64,000 nucleotides of DNA from Mytilus californianus (taxonomy: Eukaryota). The DNA lies in the NCBI RefSeq assembly GCF_021869535.1, contig NW_026262604.1, forward strand, positions 46,004,001 to 46,068,000, read 5' to 3'. Under the pieces are notes generated by a model that saw nothing but the letters and a program-made list of their open reading frames with translations, did no database searches and was not told where the DNA came from. The translations under genes were made by a program, and so were the position numbers. Below are positions 11,806-22,700 of this stretch, piece after piece. Position 1 is the first letter of the stretch; each line of letters starts with the position of its first letter.

Positions 11806-12940
11806 TGTGTTCTATGTTATGGTGAGGTTGAAGAGTTACCGAATGTCGTTATCACAATCACGTCCTCTTTTTTTCCGAATATGACCTACCAAATAAGACA
11901 TATCTGGGCAGACCGAATCAAGCAAAAAGCATGTTTAACCCCGACAAATTGGTCGTTGTTTTTTTTTTTATCATTTTTACTGTCTCACATTTTTGTCATC
12001 CCATGGCCTTTGATAGCTTAAAATATAGACGGGGTTTGTTTATTTTTGAAAATCGTACAATTACCTGTAGTTATTCGTACCCTGCGTATTTGTTGCTTAA
12101 TCGAAGTTGGTCTATTTCGCAATTATACTATATCTCTATTTGTATACTAATTATTCTATACGACTACAAACGTGTTCCTCCAAACTTGATTGTTATGAAG
12201 GGCCGTTCGGGTCATAAAAAATGTTTTTGTTTTGTTACACGTACGCTAGAGGTACGCGTAACAGATCGTTCATGTACCCTAAAGTTACACGTAAGACGTT
12301 GTTCACGTACCCTACAGATACACGTAACACTTTGTTAACGCACCCTACAGTTACGCGTAACTATTTGTTCACGTAGCCTAAAACTACACGTAACTGTAGG
12401 GTGCGTTAACAAAGTGTTACGTGTATCTGTAGGGTACGTGAACAACGTGTTACGTGTAACTTTAGGGTACATGAACGATCTGTTACGTGTACCTCTAGCG
12501 TACGTGTAACAAAACAAAAACATTTTTTATGACCCGAACGGCCCTTCATAACAATCAAACGTGTTTGGAGGAACACGTTTGTAGTCGTATAGAATAATTA
12601 GTATACAAATAGAGATATAGTATAATTGCGAAATAGACCAACTTCGATTAAGCAACAAATACGCAGGGTACGAATAACTACAGGTAATTGTACGATTTTC
12701 AAAAATAAACAAACCCCGTCTATATTTTAAACTATCAAAGGCCATGGGATGACAAAAATGTGAGACAGTAAAAATGATAAAAAAAAACAACGACCAATTT
12801 GTCGGGGTTAAACATGCTTTTTGCTTGATTGGGTCTGCCCAGATATGTCTTATTTGGTAGGTCATATTCGGAAAAAAAGAGGACGTGATTGTGATAACGA
12901 CATTCGGTAACTCTTCAACCTCACCATAACATAGAACACA
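11806..12940. repeat. Long inverted repeat (fold-back): two ~555-bp arms, ~98% identical, ~25-bp loop
   Basis: 11806-~12359 is the reverse complement of ~12385-12940. The ORF track gives the same peptide on opposite strands (11931+ and 12527-). Confidence 0.95.
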
Positions 12941-13435
12941 ACACCTATGCTGAATAACCTTTATTCCCTATGCACAATGAACTCGTCTGCTGGAGAATAC
13001 TATTTGACCAATCAAATCAGGCCTTTTTTACAACATTTTAAAAGAACGATGCAAGTACATTTTTAAATAATGTAAAACGAAATTTTAATGGCTGCGTTTG
13101 AGAGGTTTTGTATGCAGATTACGTTAGTGACGAAAAGTTATCATGTGTCATTTTTATTCTGTGACTAATACAGATTTGAACCTTAATGATCGGTTAATTT
13201 TGCGAAATTTGAATTGATTGGATAAAGAAATGATGTTGACACAGATAATCCATTATTCAGGGAAAGGGATGACAGGTTTTCTGTTGCTGTTAGCTGCACA
13301 AATAAACAGCTACGCGTATCTCCAGGGTACGTGAACAGACAGGTACGCGTACCTCCAGGGTGCGTGAACAAACTGTTACGCGCACCTCTAGCGTACGTGT
13401 AAGAAAATGATTTATGACCCGTACGGCCCTTCATA
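12194..13435. mobile_element. Non-autonomous DNA transposon, probable IS3EU type, with ~30-bp subterminal repeats
   Basis: TIRs TATGAAGGGCCGTTCGGGTCATAAA / TTTATGACCCGTACGGCCCTTCATA, flanked by GATTGT (12188-12193) and GAATGT (13436-13441). Paralogous empty sites read TTGATTGTTGTGCATG (e.g. ~37149, ~52864). TAY..RTA ends with a 6-bp TSD are the IS3EU signature. Confidence 0.6.
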
Positions 13436-15494
13436 GAATGTTGTGCATGTTAACATTATTCGTAAGTTATGATAATTTGACCAGTTTGTCATCAAGAAAT
13501 AGACATCATGCAGTCAACATTATCAAGGCCAGGTGAAGTTGTATGAATAAAATCGTGATTTCATAGCGGATTTGCGTTGTAGAAAAACAGAACAAGTTCA
13601 AATTAACTAGGATAAATCTATTCTAAATATATAATACAATTTGTTTCATGAGTCAGTTTTCACCTGCTTGAAAAATAAAATAAAATGTATAATTACAATG
13701 GAAACAAGGGTGCCTTTTGATTTATCCAGTGTTCGACCAATCAGTTAATATCATAGTGTTTTAAATGGGTGTTTCTATTGATCCTGTATTACGTTCAGGT
13801 ACAAGTATTGGGTCGAGGTAAGCTGTAGTGGCACCTTCATTAACAAATAACTTAAAATAATCACCAAAAACTAACTGAAGATGAACATGACCGTAAGAAG
13901 ACTCATGCAGAATCAAAATGAACTATTTGGGTTAATTATCATTTTAATTCAAGGAATGTCGAATTATCCTTAGAAGTAATATTATGCGATGAATTATCCT
14001 TTTATTTGCCTGGTAAATAACTCCTTATTGTCTTTTGAGCCTTATCGACTTTTACACATTATCTCCCGTCAAAATGACGTCACTGACGTATGTAAACAAA
14101 ATGGCAACGGCCAGGTGAGAAGTCCATGGACTAGAGTGACGAAGAAACAAGTATTTGAAATCCATCTGGTACCAAGGATAGCTTTCATAAAATGCGCTTT
14201 TCAGAGCCATCATTTGTTATATATATGAGGCATTTTAAGTCACAAAACAATTCTCTGACGTAAGTGTTTTGACAATTTGTTCCTACAGTAAGACATGTAC
14301 AAGAGTGTCTTTAACATTTATGTTCAATGAACGAAAGGCCCTTTGGCATATTTTGAGCGTGACAAATGAACTGATTCCTCGAAAAACCAATTGCCGTCCT
14401 TTAATAGGTAATTGATTAATCTTGGTTTTACTACAATTTATCGAGTAAAAGAGTTAAAAAAGATAAAATTAATGCGGATTTCATCAAGTGCACTCAACTG
14501 TCAATAAGAGAGGTACAACATAATGAGAATCTATGCTACTAAGTAATGCATGTCGATGATTGTAGACGAAGGACGTTAAATTATTCATGGCTTACAAGAC
14601 TTAGTGTTATATATAATCTTACAAACAAGCATGTGTGAAGGCTGACAAGTCTCGTATATATAAAGATGAATCTTAAAACAATTTACACCTATCATATTTG
14701 CTTTAGTTCATGTTGTAGACTCTTCTCCTAATGGCTTCTCAAGTTAATGGTTCGAATGTGGTCTTCGAAGAAGGGATTGCTAATTTTTCCAACTCCTTGT
14801 ATAGCAAACTAGACAGAGCTGGAAATGAATTCATTTCGCCATACAGTATCACGTCAGCATTGTAACTCCTGATGCTTGGAACTGGCAAAACGACTGAAAA
14901 CCAGATAAAGTCGGTAATTTTTGAATATGAAGAACCAAATGATATCAACCAGGGATATAAACTTCTTAATGATGAACTCTTAACGAGAACAACATCGGGA
15001 GTTGCATTGTCTATTGCAAACAGGTTATACGGCAGTAAGAGTCTAAATCTTTTGAACTATTTTTCTTCGAAAGCGTCTTCATACTATGGCAGTAATGTTG
15101 AATTATTAGATTTAGTATCGGAGGCGGAGAAATGACGATTGACAATAAATGATTGGATTTCCACAAATACAAACAATCTAATAAAAGATATGATTCCGAG
15201 AAATGTTCTTTGTTCAAACACACTATTAGTAATACCAAATGCTATGTATTTATAAAGGTTACTCGGGAACACGTGTATTTGTTTACTTTTAACACGTGTG
15301 TTTAAATCAAAACATGTTTATGTTTAATTTGATTGGACCATCAGTAAGTTATTACCGGTTTAAGTTATATCAATCATGATAACTTCATGCTAGAATTTTA
15401 GCGCTAAAATTATAATAAGATATCTAGAATTGTCATTCGAGGTTCGCCTATCCGACAGAAAGGTTCGTTTTTTCTTAAATCGCCACTTGGTAAA

Positions 15495-16271
15495 ATGTCC
15501 GAATCTTCTCCACGTCTGGAATTGAATGAAGACATACTACTCGAAGGAGATAATAGTTTACCGCCACCTAATATTCATAAAGCAGCTGATAAGTCGTCTG
15601 ATTTGGTAGATACTGTAGAGCTTTTTAAGACAATTTTAGACAGCAAGTTAGGTGAGTTGAAATCTGAACTCATACAAGAACAAGATTGCCTTAAGAGAAA
15701 AATTAAGGAGGACGTCACTCTAAAATTTAAGGGGGAAGGAAACAGAATTCAGTACACCTTTAACGAGGAATTATTAGACACTGTTAATAAACTTTCAAAA
15801 TTCATCCCTAACTCCAATACTCAAGCCTATAGATTAGTTCTTGACATAACTGATAAGATCAAAAGCCGTAATAAGAAAATACGCATAGCTGATGCTTCCC
15901 CTGCTGGTTGGGGAACCGTTAGGGAATACGAATCCAATGCCGTGGCTTCAGATTCTGAAGATGAGAGAAAGATACGACAAGCTGAGACCAGAGCTATCCG
16001 TACCTCCAAGGAGAAGTCAAAATCTCGCCAGCAACCTTACCCAAAAAATCCGCCTCGTCAACAACCTGCGGAATCTTATGGTAACCCTGCTTACGCTCAG
16101 CATTATCAACGTAATCAGCAACAGCCCTTTCGTGGGAGCTTCGCAAGGCGTGAGCCTTGCTCAATCGACACGTGCCACTACTGCAAGCAACAAGGCCACT
16201 GGAGAAAAAACTGTCCTCTTCTCGCCAGTCTCAGGTCATCCAACAGCAACTCCACAACCTACCAGAAGTAG
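15495..16271 (+). CDS. gag: Gag-like protein (258 aa) with CCHC zinc knuckle
   Basis: CHYCKQQGHWRKNC, plus the ADASPAGWGTVREYE...DSEDERKIR block typical of DIRS-group gag. Confidence 0.9.
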   Translation: MSESSPRLELNEDILLEGDNSLPPPNIHKAADKSSDLVDTVELFKTILDSKLGELKSELIQEQDCLKRKIKEDVTLKFKGEGNRIQYTFNEELLDTVNKLSKFIPNSNTQAYRLVLDITDKIKSRNKKIRIADASPAGWGTVREYESNAVASDSEDERKIRQAETRAIRTSKEKSKSRQQPYPKNPPRQQPAESYGNPAYAQHYQRNQQQPFRGSFARREPCSIDTCHYCKQQGHWRKNCPLLASLRSSNSNSTTYQK

Positions 16272-18327
16272 TAAAGTAGGGCCTGAACGTCACTCTCCAG
16301 TCATTGTGAATGATAAGTATTTAGACACTATTAATGACCAATTTTCTACATGTTTTGTTGATAACGATTATATAGAATCTTTTTTAGATCAAGTTCAATA
16401 TTTTGAAAATTGTCAGTCATATGATAAATTTAAAGGGGTGAAAGGTAGATTAGCTTGTCATGTAAAGTATTGGGAAAATATAGGTGCTTGTCCTTTTGTG
16501 CTTGATACAATAAAAAATGGTTATGTTATTCCATTTATAGATACACCTTTTAAAATGTACCACAGAAATAATAGATCAGCACGGCAGAATACTGAATTTG
16601 TCACAAAGTCAATTGAAGATTTAGTTCAAATAGGTTGCGTAATTAAAGTGCCTTTTCAACCATATGTGGTAAATCCATTGAGTGTTGCTACTCAAAAGTC
16701 CGGTAAGAAACGACTTATTTTAGATATGAGTCAATTGAATAAACACATAAAGCGCGAAAAAATAAAATTTGAGGATTGGAAGTTAGCTATACAATATTTT
16801 GACAAAGATATGTATCTGTTTAAGTTTGATTTAAAATCTGGTTATTTTCACTTAGACATATGCTCACAGCAACAGACTTTCTTAGGTTTTCAGTGGGAAG
16901 GTCAATTTTATTGCTATACTGTTTTAGCTTTCGGAATTACTACCGGTCCGTACATTTTTACTAAATGTTTGAGGCCACTAGTAAAATTTTGGCGTGGAAA
17001 CGGTATAAAAGTTGTTTTGTATTTAGATGATGGATTTGGCATGAGTCCAGATGAAAATACATGTAATGAGCAATCGTCCTTCGTAAAAAGGTCTTTGATT
17101 GATGCTGGTTTCCTTATTAACGAGGAGAAGTCTGTTTTTAAACCTGTTACCGAGTTAGAATGGTTGGGAATAGTTTGGAACTCGAAAGAATACAAATTAT
17201 CTATTACTCAACGTCGAGTTGACGATTTGATTTTCTCATTGAATGTAATTTTGGCTAAATTTCCCTATGTTACAGCTAGATCTTTAGCTCAGGTTGTAGG
17301 TAGAATTATTTCTATGACTCCCGTAATCGGAAATGTGGCTAGAATTATGTCAAAGTTCTGTTACATGGAAATTGAAAGTAGAATTGGGTGGGATATTCTC
17401 ATTACAGGGTACAAACCCGTCGAGGTTTTATCAGAGTTAAAGTTCTGGTTAGAAAATGTCACCATGATTAACTATCGTAATTTATGTCATTACAGTAAAT
17501 CTTCTGTTGTCATATACTCAGATGCTAGTAATATTGCCGCTGGTGCATACACCGTTGAATTAGAAAATAAGATTTTCCATAAGATGTGGACATGTAGTGA
17601 AACGGTACAAAGCTCCACATGGAGAGAGCTGAAAGCTATAGAGTTGGCCCTTTTTTCTTTTAAGAATAGTTTCACAGGAAAAACTATAAAGTGGTTTACT
17701 GACAATCAAAATTGTGTCAAAATTGTTAATTCGGGAAGTATGAAAGAAAATCTTCATGTTATAGCAAAATCTATTTTTTCATTTTGCATTCAAAAAGGAA
17801 TATCAATTGACATTCAATGGATTCCCAGAAAAGAAAATGAAAAGGCTGATTACATCAGCAAAATGGTTGATTTCGAGGACTGGGGAGTCACACATATATT
17901 TTTCAATTTTTTAAATGATATGTGGGGTCCTTATTCGATTGACAGGTTTGCAAGTGTCGAAAATAGAAAAGTTATGAGATTTAACTCCTTATTTTGGCAA
18001 CCTGATTCTGAAGCAGTTGATGCATTTTCTCAAGTTTGGACCAATGAAAATAATTGGCTAGTTCCACCAATTAATCTTGTGATACGATCGATTAAACACA
18101 TTATAGCTTGTAAAGCTCGAGGCACGTTAGTTGTGCCTAAGTGGATTTCTGCTGCATTCTGGCCTTTGATATTCGATAAACATCTGATTTATCAAGATTA
18201 CGTAAAAGATGTTATTGTGTTTAAAAATACTGATGGTATTTATAAGCAAGGTTCGAATAAGAATACGATATTCGGAATTGAACCGTTTGGTTCGCCAGTT
18301 TTGGCTGTTTTGCTAGATGCATCTTAG
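15892..18327 (+). CDS. pol: Reverse transcriptase / RNase H / Dam-like methyltransferase polyprotein (811 aa; true start uncertain)
   Basis: RT motifs KKRLILD, FDLKSGYFH, LAFGITTGP and YLDD (17020). RNase H motifs YSDAS, WRELKAI, FTDNQN and QWIPRKENEKAD. MT-like tail IDRFAS..N...RFNS...AVDAF..W.....LVPP...LVVPKW...FWP. It overlaps gag by 380 nt in another frame. Confidence 0.93.
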   Translation: MLPLLVGEPLGNTNPMPWLQILKMRERYDKLRPELSVPPRRSQNLASNLTQKIRLVNNLRNLMVTLLTLSIINVISNSPFVGASQGVSLAQSTRATTASNKATGEKTVLFSPVSGHPTATPQPTRSSKVGPERHSPVIVNDKYLDTINDQFSTCFVDNDYIESFLDQVQYFENCQSYDKFKGVKGRLACHVKYWENIGACPFVLDTIKNGYVIPFIDTPFKMYHRNNRSARQNTEFVTKSIEDLVQIGCVIKVPFQPYVVNPLSVATQKSGKKRLILDMSQLNKHIKREKIKFEDWKLAIQYFDKDMYLFKFDLKSGYFHLDICSQQQTFLGFQWEGQFYCYTVLAFGITTGPYIFTKCLRPLVKFWRGNGIKVVLYLDDGFGMSPDENTCNEQSSFVKRSLIDAGFLINEEKSVFKPVTELEWLGIVWNSKEYKLSITQRRVDDLIFSLNVILAKFPYVTARSLAQVVGRIISMTPVIGNVARIMSKFCYMEIESRIGWDILITGYKPVEVLSELKFWLENVTMINYRNLCHYSKSSVVIYSDASNIAAGAYTVELENKIFHKMWTCSETVQSSTWRELKAIELALFSFKNSFTGKTIKWFTDNQNCVKIVNSGSMKENLHVIAKSIFSFCIQKGISIDIQWIPRKENEKADYISKMVDFEDWGVTHIFFNFLNDMWGPYSIDRFASVENRKVMRFNSLFWQPDSEAVDAFSQVWTNENNWLVPPINLVIRSIKHIIACKARGTLVVPKWISAAFWPLIFDKHLIYQDYVKDVIVFKNTDGIYKQGSNKNTIFGIEPFGSPVLAVLLDAS

Positions 18328-18635
18328 ACATGGCCCTAATATATATAGATATATTTTAGCAGGCATGGTCTGTTTGTGACATGGCCCTAATATATATATA
18401 GATATATTGTAGCAGTCATGGTCTGTTTGTGACATGGCCCTAGTATATGTATATTGTAGCAGGCATGGGTGTTTATGTTGACATGGCCCTAGTATCGGTA
18501 ATGATATTGTAGCAGGCTTGGTTTTTTATTTGACATGGCCCTAGTATCTATAATGATATTTTAGCAGGCATGGTAATTTGTTTTACAGTTTATGGCCCTA
18601 GTATCTATAAAGATATTGTAGCTGGCGTTGAAATA
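18328..18635. repeat. Six ~50-bp tandem units (ACATGGCCCTA..GATATTKTAGCAGGCATGG) between pol and YR
   Basis: Units start at about 18328, 18380, 18432, 18481, 18533 and 18591. Two conserved boxes alternate with variable AT-rich linkers. Confidence 0.85.
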
Positions 18636-18740
18636 TTTGAATATATATTATATTTTACTGTGTATAGAAATCTGAAATATGCTAATAATTCGTCCTCTGT
18701 ATATGTATATAAAATGTTATTGCAATTTTACGTTTTTCAG

Positions 18741-19756
18741 ATATTTTTTCAGTAGGACATTGGTCAGACTTTAATTCACAAGTTGCCTCTAATAATGATC
18801 TCAGCAGTTTGTTCAAACAGTTACCAGAATTCCTTCTTTCGTCCAAGGCTGCGAGTACTCAGAAGAAATATAGATATGCCTTCAATTCATGGTGTAAGTG
18901 GACTAGTCAATATTCTTTTTCACCATTGCCAGCATCTCATTTACATATTTCTTTATATTTAATTCATTTGTCTGAAACTGCAAAATCGGTTTCAAAATTA
19001 AATGATGCTTTTTACGCCATAAAATGGGCACATAAATTAGCTGGCGTTGCTGATCCCAGTGAAAATAATCTAGTTGCATCTGTTCTTGAAGGGGCTCATA
19101 GAAAAATAGGTCATTCAGTTGTCAAAAAAGAACCTATCACACCGCATATTTTGAAAAATATTGTATGTAAATATGCTAATAATACTTGTAATTTAAAAGA
19201 TGTAAGAATAGCATGTATGTGTTTATTAGCCTATGCTGGCTTTTTAAGATTCTCCGAGTTAGCTAACTTGAGAAGGTCTGATATACAGTTTTCCCCTACT
19301 TACCTTACACTTCATTTAGTCAAGAGTAAAACTGATGTATATAGGGAAGGGAAAGATGTTGTCATTTCAAAAACAGGGAATATTACATGCCCGGTAGATG
19401 TACTTCAGCGTTATCTAAAGTTAGCTAACATTCCTGAAGAATCGAATGATTTTATTTTTAGATCTATTTGTTATTGTAAATCTTTGAATATATACAAACT
19501 TAGAAAGAGTAGTCATATTTCTTACACCAGAGCCAGAGAGTTATTGTTATCTGCACTTGACAGTTTAGGTCTTGATAAAAAACAGTTTGGCTTACATAGT
19601 TTGAGGTCAGGAGGAGCTACTGCCGCGGCAGAAGCTGGAATAGATGACCGGTTGTTTAAGAAACACGGGAGATGGAAAAGTGATAAAGCCAAAGATGGTT
19701 ATGTTAAAGAGAGTATACTCAACAGATTGTCAGTATCTAAGAATTTAGGATTGTAA
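18741..19756 (+). CDS. Tyrosine recombinase (YR) of the retroelement; probably a spliced 3' exon
   Basis: The frame is open from 18713 to 19756 and carries LRFSEL, HSLRSGGA and GRWKSDKAKDGY (R-H-R-Y tetrad). There is no in-frame ATG before ...ACMCLL. The track start at 18809 is TTG. A TTTTTCAG acceptor ends at 18740. Confidence 0.9.
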
Positions 19757-22700
19757 TTTATATTGTTTGTCCCCCCTTTTTCTTTATGTCCCTTTCTTTA
19801 TCAATCGAAGCTTTCTGTGCTGTCGGGGCGAGCTGATAACCAAAAACTGTGTTGAGTTTTTACTTTGTAAATGCTTTATGTTCGTTTGAAGTATTGAATA
19901 AGAACATAAATGTATTTATAAAGGTTACTCGGGAACACGTGTATTTGTTTACTTTTAACACGTGTGTTTAAATCAAAACATGTTTATGTTTAATTTGATT
20001 GGACCATCAGTAAGTTATTACCGGTTTAAGTTATATCAATCATGATAACTTCATGCTAGAATTTTAGCGCTAAAATTATAATAAGATATCTAGAATTGTC
20101 ATTCGAGGTTCGCCTATCCGACAGAAAGGTTCGTTTTCCCACCCACCCACCCCTTTTATTAAGACTTCATAGGAATGTGAATCAGTATGTTATGTAGAAA
20201 ATAGTTGATAAAATACATGTATGTAAATCGAAATGATTTTTTCTTCAACTTATAGAACATTTTTCTATTGTAGATTGTGTTTATATGTGATGGCAGCGGT
20301 CGATGACAGCAAATTGGACATTTGTTTATTGTTTATAATAAAAATAAGCTTTCTGTGCTGTCGGGGCGAGCTGATAACCAAAAACTGTGTTGAGTTTTTA
20401 CTTTGTAAATGCTTTATGTTCGTTTGAAGTATTGAATAAGAACATAAATTTATTTTAAAGGCACATGGAAAAAAGAATTTAACGCAAATGGCACTTCACA
20501 AAGGAACTTTTTCGTGAGAGCGAACGAGCAAAAACTAGTTCAAATGATGTACGGTGAATTTGATGTAAAGTCTGGTGAAGACCTTACACTTGACTGCAAA
20601 CTTTTACAACTGCCATATCAAGGAAACAAGGTCTCTATGATCATTGTTTGGCAAAATTCTGGTGATGAACTCTCCGAACTAGAAAGTAAATTTACTTCGG
20701 ATAATTTCAAGACTCTTGTAAGCGGCATGAAGACACAAAAGACAATAGTACGAATTCCTAAATTTACAATGAAAAGCGAGTACGATTAAAAGCCAATTTG
20801 TACAGCGTTAGGAATAACGGAAATCTTTGACAAAAAATGCTGACTTTAGTGAAATGCTAAAAGCTGATGTTACACGCGTGCACGTTACTGATGCTCGTCA
20901 TAAAGCTTATCTTGAAGTGAACGAAGAGGGGAGCGAAGCAGCAGCCGCTACTTTGTTATCTGTATCATTTACTTCAGCAAGGATTCCTGAGCCCCAGCCA
21001 TTCCAATTTGTTGCCGATCATCCTTTCTTGTTTGTGATTCAAGATGACAAAACAGGAATACCGCTGTTCATTGGAAGGTATGCCAGGCCATAATTTCACA
21101 GTAACATATTTTTGAATGAAAACAAATGCGTACTGATCAAAATTAATTAGAACCTGTTATATATTAATCAAGTACTTGACTTTACGCAAAGATTTTTACG
21201 AAAGTGTATACATATCTGTCTTAATATACACATTGTGCACATGTAGGTTTTTATACCTATCTGTGTGGATACACACCTTGGTTTTTGTATAACTAAATAC
21301 TTTATATTTGAATAATTTTGGATATTTTTGTAATGATCTGTCTGTAAATAAACACTAATAAAAAGTTAGTTTGTGGTTTCAAATCTTTAGTAAAACATAA
21401 ATGTTGCTTTTCCTTGAAGTTTGTTTTATTTGATTTTTTTCTCATAATGTTTGTTTGCTTTCTCAGTATCATAAGCATCAAAAGCCGTGGTCCTGTTTTG
21501 TATGGAATTATGTTTAATGTGCCATATATCTATTGATATAGGTTGATACATGGATAGAAAATCAGATCTACGATATCCTTTTTGAATACCCTGCGATGGC
21601 CATGCGTCCACATCGTAAGACAACCTAAGTTTCTATTTAGATTGTGATAATTTCAAAGGAGACAAGCAATATTAGAAGGAAAATTGAATTAAAATAGACG
21701 GCAACCATGCCATGACAGCATGTTATAAATAATAAACAGGAGGCAGCAAGAAAATTTTGGGAAATATGGGGCTTTATTGTCCTGAATATTGCAAAAAGCA
21801 CTGAGAGCAGCAGGGTGAAATATGTTTTGAAGATTTTATGCCACAATCTTATTTTTTAGATCAAAATAGGCATACTCTGTTTATGTCCGAAGTTATTCTA
21901 CCACTTGGTGTTTAAAATGATATGGATTTTTAACCTTCTTTATCTACATCACTAGAACAAACTCAAACAGGAGTTACAAACACAGCTAGCGCATCAGATT
22001 TATCGCGACAAAATTTTTCTTTGACATGAAATTTTATTATACAATAGTAAATGGATTTAAGTCTTAAATGGTAAATTTTATGTTAACAACATCTGAAAAG
22101 TCTGAATAATGAATTACTCAGTCATATTCAGTCGTTCGGTCAATTTGTAGAAGACATGTCGACAGCAGTTAATTTAGTACTGCTCATAAAATGCTTGCAG
22201 TCAATTCAGTATTTTGTAAATGTGTACATTTAAATCACAATTACTGAACCATCTGAACATAGACTGAACATATCTTAAGTGACAGCACGCAAATTGTCTG
22301 AACAGTAGTGAAATAACTGCAGTGCATCCGTCTGAAAATTGAACTAAATGATTGACAATTATTTCATAAAAGATAGGCGAAAGATACCAAATGGACATTC
22401 AAACTAATAAGTTGAAAATAAACTGATAACGCCATGGCAAAAAAGGGAAAAAAAGACCAAAAGACAAACAACAGTACACAAAACACACTACGAATTTTAT
22501 TTTTCGGTCTTTTAAGAACTGTTTATATCACGCTTACTGTTTCAGATAAGATTGGACTACTAGTGGCTATATTATGTAATACGTCTACGCATCTTCACAT
22601 GAATAATGAAAAAAATACCAACTGAAACGATTTCACAATATCAATACGACAGTAAGATTTATTTAGCAAACTGAAAAGATACTTACACATTATTTTCTTT

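Larger units (their letters stand above)
15246..20449 (+). mobile_element. Apparently intact tyrosine-recombinase retrotransposon with split direct repeats (PAT-like DIRS group), 5.2 kb
   Basis: Layout is A1(15246-15471)-gag-RT/RH/MT-YR-B1(19808-19911)A2(19912-20137)-spacer-B2(20346-20449). A1=A2 (226 bp) and B1=B2 (104 bp) look identical. No TSD. Confidence 0.95.
14731..21093 (+). pseudogene. Serpin pseudogene A, split by the YR retrotransposon (5' half 14731-15245, 3' half 20450-21093)
   Basis: It is homologous to the intact copies but has stops at codon 45 (TAA 14863) and codon 135 (TGA 15133), a TAA at 20787 and a frameshift near 20835. RCL: EEGSEAAAATLLSVSFT-SARIPEP. Confidence 0.95.

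Noticed and set aside
11803-12865. Protein-coding gene pair on opposite strands
   Set aside because: The identical peptides simply reflect the inverted repeat of spacer DNA.
18328-18635. CRISPR-like array next to an RT and a recombinase
   Set aside because: The context is eukaryotic, the linkers are related to each other rather than unique spacers, and there are no cas genes. Kept as a tandem repeat.
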